A stretch of DNA of 63,267 bases, filler included, from Rhabdomonas costata (taxonomy: Eukaryota), in NCBI GenBank assembly GCA_019059605.1. It is 15 parts of 15 records of this genome, joined end to end, with 100 filler letters (N's around TTAATTAATTAA, not from the genome) between each part and the next. Parts side by side here need not be neighbours in the genome. Positions count along the whole stretch, not along the records: positions 25,490 to 29,603 come from JAHMHO010000355.1; positions 29,704 to 33,816 come from JAHMHO010000356.1; positions 33,917 to 38,026 come from JAHMHO010000357.1; positions 38,127 to 42,234 come from JAHMHO010000358.1; 11 more parts are not named here. One strand, 5' to 3'. Below are positions 26,001 through 38,456 of the stretch, piece by piece. The notes beneath the pieces are model-generated. The model worked only from the letters and a program-made list of their open reading frames with translations, searched no databases and was not told the DNA's origin. Position 1 is the first letter of the stretch. Every line of letters begins with the position of its first letter. A program made the position numbers and the translations under genes.

Positions 26001-28773
26001 CTGCTGCCAGTCTGGGCCGCAGTAGCTGCCCAGTTTTCGCTATGATAGGATCATCGCTCTCCCAAACCGCAAGGCGCGCATTGGTGCCATCGGGTGTGCT
26101 GACGAAGAAGGACCCGTGGCTTGCACCTGTCAGGTTGCCGTTCATCTCATAGCTGAACGCTCGGCCCCCCTTGGAGAGCAGGCTGCTATGGGCCACCAGG
26201 TTGAGCAGGAAGTCCCCCAGGAACTGCAGCAGCAGGGTCTTCGAGAGCTGCCCCAGACAGCGGCCGCCCACTGGAATGTCCACCATACAGACGCTAATCT
26301 CAACAATCAGGTGGGTGGGCTGCGTGGGGGTGAAGTAGATCCCAGAGTATCCTGGGTTGAACATGTTATTCGGGCTGGAGCGCCACCCTGCGCTGACACT
26401 GTGGGCGTAGGTTCCGCTGGCCATGTTGTAGAGCACCATGGGATCGGGGACAAGCGAGTTCACCGTCAGCAAACGGTCGAACATCGGCATGAGGTTGAGT
26501 GGGTTCAGTAAGTAGGTCTCCATCCCAATGACACTGGAAGAGAAATGCCGCGTCGACTCCACTCATGAAACTTAAGAGACTTAAGAAATCCGGTGAGAAA
26601 TTAGCCACTGACTGCCCCTTTTGTTCACTGTCCTTGCGAGCAAAAATTTTAAAGTACTCTAAGCGCACCCCAGGCCCTTAATAGTGCAAGCTTGGCTAAC
26701 GCACCTGGAATAGAAATGAGCAAGGTGGGAAACCTGCAAAAGTTTCTATTTCCTCTCACAACAAAAAACGCACAGAATCACAAAACCACGATGGGGGGGG
26801 CACCGAAGTCATGCCCACAGTTCCGTGCACCAGTACCCACACCACGCCCCACAACAATTGTACCAAAGAGGAAGCAAGCCAAAATGAAAGCACCGGTCGT
26901 GAACGCGTGAACGGCTGGTGAAACAAGCTAGCTGCTGAGCACCCCTGACAACCCAAAGCAACCAAAGCAAGCTATTAAAAAAGAATAAATTTGACGACCT
27001 TCAGAGATATCAGCCTCATCAGCACAGCCCTTTAGCTTGCAAAGCGGTGCTGTTAAAAGTGACTCAGTGTGTAAGGGAGGGGGAGTACAGAAAAACATTT
27101 CGGAGGACTGACCCTACAACACACCCGGGTCCCAGTAACGGGGCCTCTATCTCATTCTATATTTACAGGGTCCACCGCACTTACGGCCGAGGCCGCCTGC
27201 GTCCCCACTGTGGTGGCGATGGAGCATGCCAGGCGAGTGCGGAAGGAGGGTGGCGGCTGCAGTCCTTCATCTTCGTTATCGGGGGCAGCACGCCGCCCGC
27301 GCGCTCCGCAGATCAGGTCCCCCAAGAAGTGATCCGCCAGGAGACGAATTGCCCCAGCGTGTCCGCGCCAAACTCCCGCGACCCATCTTTGAAGAGATGG
27401 AAATAATATTTCCGTTTCTCTTCCTCAGCTGCAGCGGCCTGCTCATGGGACAGATCGGGACCAAGGGCCTGCACGATCGTCAGGAACACGCAAGCGGGAA
27501 CGCCTCTTTTCCAGTGATGGATGTAAACGTCAAACAGCGGTTACGGAGCCATTTGGGCAGAGGGTTGGCTACCACTCCAATGATGGGGTCGGGTGGGGTC
27601 GGGCAATAGCAGTGAACCATGTGTGACAGCTCCCCAAAAACCCGGCACGTTCAGGAGGTCGTCAAGGTGAGGCCAGAAGCCGGCTGCCACCACTGGAACA
27701 GACGCCAGATATGCGAAAGGGGCCACGGTCCGAGGGTCCGTGAGGGTCCATTCCACCGGACCGTGCCGGAAGTATGCATTGCATCCACTGCTCGTCGGTA
27801 ATTGGGGTGGTTACTACTGGTTTCAAAAGTTGGTCGAAGGTCTGCATTTACGTCCACTGAGAACGGGCCGGAGTACTCCCCAGGAAGGCAGTGCAGGAGA
27901 TAAGTGATAAGTGACTTTGCAGGTGCTAAGGCGCGACCAGAAAAGGGCGGTTGCCACCTGAGCATCCTTCACAGTGGTACTAGCGTGCCAGAGATGTATG
28001 TAAACATGCACCTTTCAGGTGCATGTTTACTTCGTCTAATACCCCAAAAATTCAACAAAAACCAGGCCTGCAGAAACAGCCTCAAAAACTTTGCACACAA
28101 CGTTGCAAAAAAAAAAAGCAGAAAAAACATAAACCAGCGCAAAAAAAAACATACAAAAAGCCATAAAACCAAACCAGCCCAAAATAACAAGAACTGTATT
28201 TAAAAAATGCGCAATTGCACTTGTGCCCCGCCCCTCACCCTGCAGCAAATTATCCTAAAAGAACGCGTACCTGCAGTTGCTGCCCGGGAAGTTGGTTGTA
28301 TCGTTGCACACAGTGGAGTTGAGCGAGTGGAAGAACGCTATTTTGGAAACAAAGCTGCACCCGACCAACCGACCACGCCCATCCGAGCCCGGCCAGATCA
28401 CGATCGAAGCGGTGTAAGTTTCGGTAAATCCACTCATCTGGGCAGCGGTGAGTGGAATCCAAACATTCAATAAGTTCACAAAGTTGTTGATGTGAAGGCC
28501 AGCGCTCCGGAAGTACAAGGACTCCGCATTGTTCAGCGAATGCCCTATCTCAAACTTCAACACCAACAGGTTCATCACAGCTTGCGCGCCCTCCTGCATG
28601 TCCACCTCCGCCAGCTCCCGCAGGCTGTGCTGGCTCTGCACGTAGGTCAGGTAGAACCCCAGGAAGCCCGCGATAACCATCAGAGCAATGAAGGAGACCG
28701 TCAGCAGGACTTTTAGGGAGAGCAGATTGCTGAAGAACTTGCGGCACCCTGCGGCAGCATTTGGACACAACAT
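26001..28773 (-). CDS. Membrane sensor/receptor N-terminus (TM helix plus Cache-like extracellular domain); exons 28773-28271 and 26533-26001
   Basis: Hydrophobic helix LKVLLTVSFIALMVIAGFLGFYLTY. The phase-2 GT-AG junction gives ...NC(AG|T)VIGMETY. GGRAFSYEMNGNLTGASHG...ESDDPIIAKTG resembles the membrane-proximal dCache segment. The output domain is not in the contig. Confidence 0.7.
27170..27980 (-). mobile_element. Decayed CRE-clade non-LTR retrotransposon 3' part (post-RT region and restriction-like endonuclease) inside the receptor intron
   Basis: CKVTYHL...FDQLL...ITDEQWMQCILPARSGGM (frameshift) LTDPRTVAPFAYLAS, then DVYIHHWKRGVPACVFLTIV...AAAAEEEKRKYY...ADTLG, the REL endonuclease pattern. 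Confidence 0.75.
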
Positions 28774-29703
28774 CTTCAGCACACTCGCAGCATACAGTGC
28801 CAAAGAGTGGTTAGCTACTTTAGAGGCAAACTAAAATGCAAAGAAACGGGAAAACAGTTCAAAAGAAGCTGCAAGCAAGGAAAAAAGGAAGACAAAAGCG
28901 ACACAAAAGGAAAGGAAGAACAAAATCAGCGCTGATACAAATGGGACGGAGCCACTGCGGCAACGTGCGGTATTTTTGTTGTTCGCGGGGCTTAAGTTGA
29001 TGACCGAAAGTCGTGCCCATTTACAGGGTGTTCCATTTGAAAAGATATATATGAATTTTGAATATAAAGACCATGAAACCATGAAGGCTCTGGGTATTTT
29101 ATGTGGCGTGTGTACACATCCTGCCATTTCGTATAACAGCAATTTTGGTGCTTTCCGCGTCGCTTACCTCTGGCGTTGCTTCGAGAACCTCATTTTGTTA
29201 TTTTGACCGAATGGTCTGGCCCCTACGGATTCACGCAGTCCAGCTGTTTTGGCAGTTGGGTTCTGCTGACAATGTACCGTCGCAACAGTGCAAGTGGCCA
29301 AGACGGCAGTAGGGGGTTCAAAACGTAGGGAGTACAGAGACAAAGGCCTCAAACCCGAAGCCAAGACCCAACCCCAAGCCCACGAAACCCATGCAAAAAC
29401 CCACCAGCACCACCTAAGCACACGTAGACACAGAAGAAACAGCAACGGTAACGAGGGACCCTGACCCCGAACTAAAGCCCCAGAACCCTACGACGACAGG
29501 TACCGCTACCTGAAGCCAGCAACCCTACGACAGAACCCACCCACCCTAAAGACCGAACCCCACAACCAAGGTACACACATATCCAAGAGAAGCAACCACC
29601 ACANNNNNNNNNNNNNNNNNNNNNNNNNNNNNNNNNNNNNNNNNNNNTTAATTAATTAANNNNNNNNNNNNNNNNNNNNNNNNNNNNNNNNNNNNNNNNN
29701 NNN

Positions 29704-32700
29704 GTGGGGATTTGGGCGTGTATGGGTGCGGCAGGGCCAGAGCGATGGGACGACGCGATCTTTGGGGTGGGTGCCGACTGTCCCCCACACGGGAGATTGC
29801 AGCACGGGGTTGTCCGCACTGCCAGCCCAGGCGCTTGTGTTTGCCCAGACGGTGCCCTTGAGTGGGGCTCAGGCCTCGCTTGGGGGTCAGCTTCAGGCCG
29901 GCGTGGTGGCTGCGTTTGCGGAGCAGAACGGCATGGGCGGCATCAACGGACATGCTCTGCACCTCATCACCCTGGATGACATGGGGAACCGCACGGCTGC
30001 CCTTCAGAGCTCGACGGCCCTGCTTAGTCGGGGAGTACTGGGTTTTGTGGGTAGCCATGGGCTGGGCTTCGCGGATGACGAGCTGGCGGTGCTTGTGGGG
30101 AGCAGCTCCTCGGTTGTGGTGGGGCCGTACCCCGCGCTTGCGGTGAAGGCCATGGCGCCCCCCATGGTCCCAGCCAACGTGTTTACGGTCCGCGCCAGCT
30201 ATTTGGATGAGATCAATGCCTTGGTGAACTACGCGACGTACACGCTGGACCTGATCCGTTTCTCGGTGTTCTACCAGGGAGATAGTTTTGGGGTTCCGGC
30301 TGTGGGCGCCCTGAAGACGGCCCTTGCTGCGGTGAACCTGCGGCTGTACAGTAATGGGAGCTGTGGGGCGGACAGCACGAACGTGACGGCGGGCACGGTT
30401 GGGTTGATGAGCCGTGCGCTGCCGTTTGTTCCGGAGGTGATTTTGGTGTGGGCCAGTGCGCCGGCCGCGGCCGCCTTCATTTCGCTTGCGAAGACTCTTC
30501 TGCCCTCCTCCGTGGTGTATCTTGTGGGTTCCGTGGTGGGCGATGGCTTTGGGGCGTACCTGTCCAGCGGAAACAGCCGCAACATTTACATGGCCCAAGT
30601 ACTTCCCCTTTCGACGGACGTGAGCGTTCCAGTGGTGGGGAGCTATCAGGCGGCGATGGCAGCGGTGAATGCGACGTATACCCCCTCTGCGATCTCATTG
30701 GAAGGGTATGTGGGGGGCCGCCTTCTGGTGAGTGCCTTGAAGAGCATTCCGAGCTCCAGCCTGGGCCAGAGCGGTGCGGTGGCCAGCGCCTTCGTTTCGC
30801 TTGGAGTGATTCCGATCGGGTCGACGCTGCGCGCGGGGCCGTACTCCAGGGCATGCAACGTGGGACTGCGGCAGGTATGGATCACGAACTTCACTTCCTC
30901 GATGGGGCTGCAGATGGTTCCTGTGAACGCGATGTTTTCGTTCTCCAACCGGCCATGCTTGAGTGACAGCGCATCGTTTCAAACGAAGTACATTGTGTGG
31001 GGCCAGTCGGGGTCGTTCACGGCTGGTGCTGGAGGTCCGAACGCCAACCAAACCAACGGAGGTATCATCGCAGCCTTTGCGGAGGTCAATCGTCATGGCG
31101 GCATTTCTGGGTACCGGCTCAGGCTGATTTCGCTGGATGACTATTTCCTTGCGGCGACTGCAGGTTCGAATACGAGGGCGTTGATCAACGCGGGTGTGTA
31201 TGGGCTGATTGGGTTTGGGGGCACGGATCCCGTGATGGCGGGGATGTCTGTAGCGATTGCCAACCGGATGCCCTATGTGGGGCCGCATACGGGAACCATT
31301 GCCCTTCGAAATGTCAGCAAATACGTCATCAACGTTCGTGCCAGCAGTGCGGACGAGATCACGGCGCTGGTGAACTTTGCCACGGTGCAAGGCATGACGA
31401 AGTTTTCGGTGTTGTACCAGAATGACACGTTTGGGGCCCAAGGGGTGGCCGCCCTTCAGGCAGCTCTTGCGGCGGCGAATCTGAAGGTGCTCAGCTCGGG
31501 TGCATTTCCGACGCAGAACATAGGGCTTGTCAATGTGGCGCTAACCCAACTGCTGAACAGTGCGCTTCCGTTTGTGCCGGAGGCGATTCTTGTGTGGGCC
31601 GCCTCCCCGGCTGGCTCCTCGAATTTCATCACAGCCGCGATGAATGTGCTGCCCCCGACCACGATCTTCCTGTGCTCGTCAGTGGTGGGGGAGTCCTTTC
31701 CCACTGCGTTTCCAACCACGGGGGCCCGGGTATACGTTACGCAGATCTTGCCGCTGTTCTCGAACACGAACTACAGTGTGGTGCAGAATTACATGACGGC
31801 GATGCGGGCGGTGAACCCCAGTGCGGTGAATTCGTTTTTCAGCTTTGAGGCGTACATCAATGCGAAAGTGGTGATAGCGACGATGCAGCGAATGTGGGCG
31901 GAGGACCTGCCCTCCAACGCTGCGTTTGTGAATGCGTTGTACCAGCAGTCCACGTTCACCTTCGATGAGCTTGTTGTGGGTCCCTTCAACTCAGCTCTGA
32001 CCACGACGAGCAATGGGGTAACGACCACCACGGTGTGCAACCAGGGCATGAAGCAGGTGTGGATCTCGAACTGCCCTGGAGGGAAGTTTGTTGTGCTACC
32101 CAGCCAGACGTTCTACTTCGCCAGCGGGTCGTGCTTCAGCGACGCCCGGGCCATTCAGACGTGGAACCTGGTGTACGGGCAGTCCGCGCCGTTCACAGGG
32201 CTGTATGCTGCGGAGGGCACAGCGCTTCGTGCTGGGATACTGTCAGCCTTCGATGAGTTCAACCAGGGGGGCAAGATTTCTGGGTACACGCTGAGATTGT
32301 GGAGCCTGGACGACGGCTACCTTCCAGACAATGCCACAGCGAATGCGCGGTCTTTGATTTCGGGTGGGGTTCAAGGGCTGATGGGGTTTTACGGCTCCAA
32401 GGCCTCTACATTGGTCTCCTCGATGGCGGCCTCCCGAGGGCTTGGTCTTTTCGGGCCATACACGGGGACGATCGGGGTTCGGGTGAATGCATCCATTGGA
32501 ACGATCAACCTTCGGGCGGGGTATGCTGACGAAATCAATGCGATGGTGCAGTTCCTTGTGGGGACGATGGTACTGCGGCGTATCTCGATCTTCTACCAAA
32601 ATGATATCTTTGGGCAGCAATGCGTGAGCGACCTGACCGCGGCGCTTAGTGCGGTTGGGCTCACCATTCTGAGCTCTGGGTCGTACCCCACGGGGAGCAC

Positions 32701-33690
32701 AGATGCGAGTTCAGGCTTTGCGCAGCTTCAGAGCGGTGCGCTGCCGAGCGTGCCGCAAGCAGTGGTTGTGTGGGCACTGAATCAGGCTGCAGCGAATTTC
32801 ATTGCTTTGGGAAAGACGTATTTGCCAAGCTCCGTTGTGTATGTGTGCCCTTCGGTTGTAGGCTCTGCCTTTACTTCGAGCTTTGGCCCTGGGGAAAGCC
32901 AAGTCTTCATGACTCAAGTTCTGCCTCCGCTTACGGTGACCTCGCATGCACTGGTGCAGCAGTACACTTCGGTGATGACCGGGTTCGACCCGAGCATGGT
33001 GAACAGCATGGTTGCATTTGAGGGCTACGTGACGGGAAAGCTGCTGGGGACGGCGCTGCAGCGAGTGGCCTTGAGCAGCATGCTGGACAAGATGAGTGCG
33101 ATCAATGCGGTGTACAGCAACAGCCTTTTCGTGCTGAACTCCCTATCGTTGGGGCCTTACCTTTCCGATAGCTGCAACCAGGGCATTCACCAGGTTTGGC
33201 TCACTCAGCTTACAAACAACACCATGAAGTACCTTCCCGACTCGGACTTTGTGTTCTCCAGTTCGTGCCGGTCGGATGCGAGTTTGAACCTGAGGCATCC
33301 GCTGATGTTTGGCCACCTGCTGCCTGTAGAACTGAGCCTAGCACTAGACCACCAGCAAGGCATTTTTGCGGCATCGTCGGAGATGAACATCAACAACGAG
33401 CTTGGTCAGCGGGACCTGCAAGTGTTCCCGTTTTGGTACTCTTTGAGCGAGGAGCCGAGCGCGCTTTCGAGTCGGCTGGCGACGTTCATCCAAGACAACG
33501 CCATCGTGGGGCTTGTTGCCAGCGAGCGTGCGGCCCTTTTTGCACCGGGCATCTTGGGCCCCGCGACGAGCGGGAGGGTTGTTGTGGTTTCCCCTCGGGG
33601 CGCTCCTCCGTTGTCGGGTGCTGTGGCCACGAATCCCTCTCGAATCTTCATTGGGGGTTCTTCCCTGGATGAGGGCTATGCAATGATTCG
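29704..33690 (+). CDS. Large exon of an extracellular receptor with tandem periplasmic-binding-protein type 1 (LivJ-like/Venus flytrap) domains; units start at about 29835, 30990, 32165 and 33300
   Basis: An open frame of over 1300 codons repeats GQS...G..AAF.E.N..GGI.G..L.L.SLDD, NVRAS..DEI and FYQND.FG about every 385-390 aa. It ends at the donor CG|GTATGG followed by T-rich intron-like sequence. The 5' end is truncated. Confidence 0.9.
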
Positions 33691-35035
33691 GTATGGAGAG
33701 GGCTTTCTGCTTTCTGCTTTCACTTTTATTTTTATCTTTTTCTTCCTTTTTCACCGATTAGTTTCGCAGTTTGAATTCCTTCAGTATTTTCCGTAAATCC
33801 TCGAAAACCCAAAAACNNNNNNNNNNNNNNNNNNNNNNNNNNNNNNNNNNNNNNNNNNNNTTAATTAATTAANNNNNNNNNNNNNNNNNNNNNNNNNNNN
33901 NNNNNNNNNNNNNNNNTGTGTTTGTGTGTGTTTGGGTTTTGGTTTGGCGCAGGACTTGCCACTTCATAGAGCATGTGAGAAACCCCTTCGCTGTTCGTTG
34001 AGCGCGTGATGTGTTGACCTGGAGAGAGCTCAAGAAGAACCGCACCTTCCGCTTTTTTCTTTGACATTTTGCTTCTTTTCCACTTGCTTTTTGCTTCCTG
34101 TTTTAAAATAGGCCTGGAGTCTTGGGAGGTCGACGTCGGTGTCCGTGTCGACTCTCCCGGCTATCCTGACGACCGCGCTGAGAACGCAGAATTTGAAAGT
34201 GAAGCAGCAAAAACGAGGCTGTGGGCTCACCCCCCCCCCTCGGCTCCCCCTGCAGCTCGGCAGGCAGTGTGGTCCTGCTTCAGCACTTGGGGTAGTTGGG
34301 GGCTTCAAGCCGGGTTTAATTATCACTGACCCCACCAACCCCTTCTTCCAGTGAACCGACCACACAGTTGACGCGTCTATTGGCCACACTTTCCTTTTAG
34401 ACTGTACATAGTTGCCTCCACCTGCTGTCTGCGTTCTGCCCAGGCAGGGGCGTTTTAGTGCAGCTCACGGCTCACGTGAATTTTGCGTGGGATCGTCAGT
34501 GAATATCATTAAAAAAAGGGCCATGGCGCCCACCCACCACAACGCACTGGACTGAAAAAACAGGAGGTATGGTAAAAACACGCCTAAAAATCCTAACAAT
34601 AAAACAATGCAAACAAGTTCTTTTCTACTGAATTGCCGCCTTTTGGGGGCATTGACTTGAATGATCCATCAGACCCCTAAAATAAAAAATGCCCCATTTT
34701 AATTTAATGGGAACGTGCGTCTTGTGCACTGCATTTAATTCTGGTAGATCATAGTCCTCAAAAATTAGTTACGCAATAAACAAAAACCTATTCAGTTGAT
34801 GCAATGGGATGGCAATTTTTAATTCATCATTCTGACAAGTGTAGCCTTTTGATGATATTTATGTTCTTTTTTTTGAGTTTTTGAAAGGAACGAAGTGAAC
34901 TTTATCGCATGACTAACTCAAGTCGATACAACCTGAAATAGTGTTGGGGGAAATTCCTCCTCATTCAGATCGATACAGGGAAATACGTAATTAAGTCGCT
35001 TCCATTTGTTCGAACTCTCTGTTCAACTTCTCCAA

Positions 35036-35091
<56 letters not shown>

Positions 35092-35092
35092 T
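35036..35092 (+). repeat. (GT)n microsatellite; shorter GT/CA tracts at about 11427-11449 and 59032-59058
   Basis: Directly visible. Confidence 0.95.
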
Positions 35093-36329
35093 GTGAGGTT
35101 AAGAAGGTTAAGAAGGCTGAAGGAGGAGAGGAGGCCAGATCGAGACGAAGGAACCTGGGCTTTCAAGTACTTTCTCTCGTTTATTATCTGTTTGTGAATT
35201 TGGCCGTTTCGTCGTTGGCAGCTGCTTTCTTTGAGGCCCTCTCTTGGCGCCTCTGCTCAGCCAAATCGCGATCAACAAACTTCGGCGACTTGGGTTTCGG
35301 GAAAAGTTTCAGCATTAGAACCGAGGAAGAGAAAAACGGAATGCGGCCTGCACGAAAGCTTTGAACCATTAGGGAACCTGAGTCTGGCTTCCTCGCAGCG
35401 CTCTCCCACGGTGATCTACCCGAAGAATGCCTTCGCTCAGGCCCTCTAACATGCCCACCAACCCGCTGACAGCCCCTTACCTGGTGGCCCTCCCTTCGCA
35501 CCTCTCGCCCATCTCGCACTTCTACAGCAGGCCTGCGACCACGGACTGCAGGTGCGCCAGGCCTCACCCTCCGAAACTGCTCCTGACCAAGTCCTGCAGC
35601 GCCGCAGAACCGATTCGTGATCGTCGACACTGCGCCGCAGGCTTCACACGCAATGGCGAGGCCCAAGGGAGCTCCCAGACGCCACAACACCTACAATCGC
35701 CACTCCGCGGAGGCCCATCTGGAGTCTGGAAGTGGGTGTTTCGGGGTGAGGCTTGATTGCCTTCGTGAGCTCCGGACGCGAGCTCGCGCATCTTGCGCAT
35801 CCGGATGGGTAGGTTCGTCTCGGGCAGGCTGGAGCTAAACTCGTGCACCGTGTCCGTCCATTGATGCAGGTCTCTCCAGGTTTCGAAAAGTTCCAGCTGT
35901 GCAACGTCGGCTGCCAGCGGTTGCCCAGGTGGGAGCGTGTAATGTGCGCAACGCGGGCCCTTACTTTGCTGAATGACCCCTCCCTCAGTCTTGCTTTCCG
36001 TGCTCATACCTTATTTTGTTGTTCCATTCCATTCACTCTGCTCTGTTCTGTTCCTTGTTTGTTCTTCCAAGCCCTGGCACGCAGCGCCAAGTTGTCGACC
36101 GCAGCCTTCACGGTGTCCTGCGACAGGTATCCAAGTATCTCGCACCTTCCCACCGGAACACTTGAATCTCGTCACTTCGGAGTTTTCAAATCACAACAGG
36201 GCAGAACAGGCTTTTCTTCATTCTATGCTCGTGATCTCCGTTTTCAATGACTTTCAAACTCCTTTGTCTGGGGCAAACCCCACATGTTACCGTGTAGTGC
36301 GGGGTGGCCCCGTGGGGCACTGTCGGTCC

Positions 36330-36625
36330 ATTCGAAGAGTGACGCAAAGTAGTCACCGTGACCGGCATTGGGTACTGCCGTAAGCTGGAGGACTACCTCC
36401 TTCCAGCCTGAGCACCACATGTCGATCAAAGCAGAGTGTTTCAGCAGTGTGGTGCCCGGCCTCGCACCACGGCTTCCACCCTCACACGCCTGCAAAAGCC
36501 ATTTCCCGGAAAGGTGCTTTCCAAGGGGGGTTCGGTCGAGTGGCCACCGCGGTCTCCAGACTTATCCCTCCCCGACTTCTTTCTTTGGGGCCATATTAAG
36601 GCAGAGGTGTACCGGAGTAGGTTCC
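36330..36625 (+). mobile_element. Decayed Tc1/mariner transposase fragment
   Basis: VFQQCGARPR (degenerate FQQDGAP.H) followed by EWPPRSPDLSLPDFFLWGHIKAEVY, the WP.RSPDL.P.DF.LWG..K motif. The second catalytic Asp is lost. Confidence 0.85.
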
Positions 36626-36906
36626 CCTCTCTCGCTGGGCAGCGATACAAGGCATCAAGTCAGGCACAGGGACGCCTACTCCCAGAGGACGGAAAAACTA
36701 AAGCTGCGGGAAAACCTTGCCGCAGACAGCTGCACAAAAACTTCTTTCAAGGGTGGAACATTCACCAAAGAATGTTGGCAAGGTTGTTGTTCCCCGAACC
36801 TGTCCGAGCGCTTTCGAGTCAAGTTCGTGCCAGCGTTTGACACTTAGGTTTCACCATAATTTCTGGGGAGTCACTTTTTCACAGGGATTTTTCGACTGCG
36901 GCACAA

Positions 36907-37038
36907 TGTCTCTCGCTAATCTCTTCACTAATCCCGAGGGCGTGGAGAAGGCAGTGGAAAAGGCGCATAAGTCCTTGATGCAGGCCACGTTGGACGTTGA
37001 AGAGCTCAAGAAAATCGTCGCCAGCAACATGAAGAAGG
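36907..37038 (+). CDS. Possible first exon of an unknown protein
   Basis: MSLANLFTNPEGVEKAVEKAHKSLMQATLDVEELKKIVASNMKK|GTTCGT. A pyrimidine tract with CAG lies about 22 nt upstream of the ATG and could be a trans-splice acceptor. Confidence 0.35.
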
Positions 37039-38456
37039 TTCGTTGAAATATTAATTGCTGTTGATGCACTGGTTCGAATGAGACCGTTCGAAACACCGTA
37101 AAAGCAAATAATGGATCAGTATTAATAATGAATCCGTGAATCAAGATCCTCGCTGAACGCACAACATGATCATCACCGGAGTTCAGGAGTTTAGCAACAA
37201 GCAAAGAGTGTGCAAACAAGGAGGAACGAAAAAATTGGAAGGGGAATCAAGACGGTTTGGTTCGATTTGGCAGCGGGCTCCTCCTCCGAGCTGCTCTCAT
37301 CGTCACTGTCATCTGCAGGCTTGGCCTTCGGCTTGGGCTTGGGCTTCTGTCCTGAGCTCGCGCTTACGTCAGCCTGATTGCGGTGGGATGAGGATGCTGA
37401 AAAGAGCAACGTTTTGTTTATGCTATATTGTTGCCCTTGGGGAATCCACTGGAACTTGTAACTGTAACTTGCAAAACTTTTGGGAAAGAACGTAATTTCG
37501 CCCTCGTCTCAGTCATTCACACGCCCTTTGCAAACAACAGGGAGGGCGACGGATTGTCATTTGTGGACTGCAGATAATAAGAGAAATTTGCGAGGCCCCA
37601 TTGGTGTGGGCGATTTTTTTTCGCAAATGCGTTGTGGGTACTGTTGTAAACGCTTGGACTAATATTGGATCAATAGCCGAAGTTTTTCACTGGATTTCAA
37701 TGGATCTACTGGAACCCTTCCATTCCTGAAGAATGCGAGCACAGCAACACTCGGCACTGACAAGGGCTGAGCGACAGCAAATAGTTCAACCCGTCTCAAA
37801 TATGGGAAACTTCTCGGCTTCACTCATGAAAGTCCACCCTTTGCGCAAAGGAGCAGGCGGAAAAGGCCTGCACCAACCAGTCAGCGAGCACCTCTTTTCG
37901 AGCAATGAGGAAAAATCGATCACATACGGGTTTTCTTCGTCTGTCTGTGCTTTTGAGTTCCATTTATGCTGCATTTTGTGCTCTCATCTATACGTCTGAG
38001 GGATTTATGCGCACGCACCCAACCCCNNNNNNNNNNNNNNNNNNNNNNNNNNNNNNNNNNNNNNNNNNNNTTAATTAATTAANNNNNNNNNNNNNNNNNN
38101 NNNNNNNNNNNNNNNNNNNNNNNNNNTGTGGGTTTGTGTGCCATACCACTAGTGGATGCCATATTTCCCAAAGGGGTCTGCGAATTTAATATTAGAGAAT
38201 TTCGACCGTTTAGCGTGTCAACCTTTCAACTTTGCGTGGCTCACTGCCCACTTCCCTGCATGAAAGTTGGTTCAGTAAATGTGCTTCGGTTAAAGTTTGG
38301 TGAGGCAAATGCCTGCAATATTTGCCGCGTTCGCTTTCAACTCGCGGAACCTCGGGCTCCGGTTTGACTTTGCTTCTTCTTGATTCGCACGGAAACCCAC
38401 GAACTTCTTTTGGCTTCATGCGCTGTAGGACTGTGCGGAAACGAAACCGGCCTCAC

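Noticed and set aside
29648-33754. Long antisense ORFs (for example 316 aa and 248 aa) over the Venus-flytrap exon
   Set aside because: They are shadow frames of a GC-rich coding exon with no recognisable motifs.
29704-33816. Bacterial contaminant contig encoding an ABC substrate-binding protein
   Set aside because: The multi-domain fusion, repeated Cys pairs and sequons, and a GTATGG donor followed by a T-rich intron-like tail favour a host gene, although contamination is not formally excluded.
35184-36125. Multi-exon gene on the minus strand
   Set aside because: Several exon-like blocks exist, but their phases could not be reconciled and no family motif was recognised.
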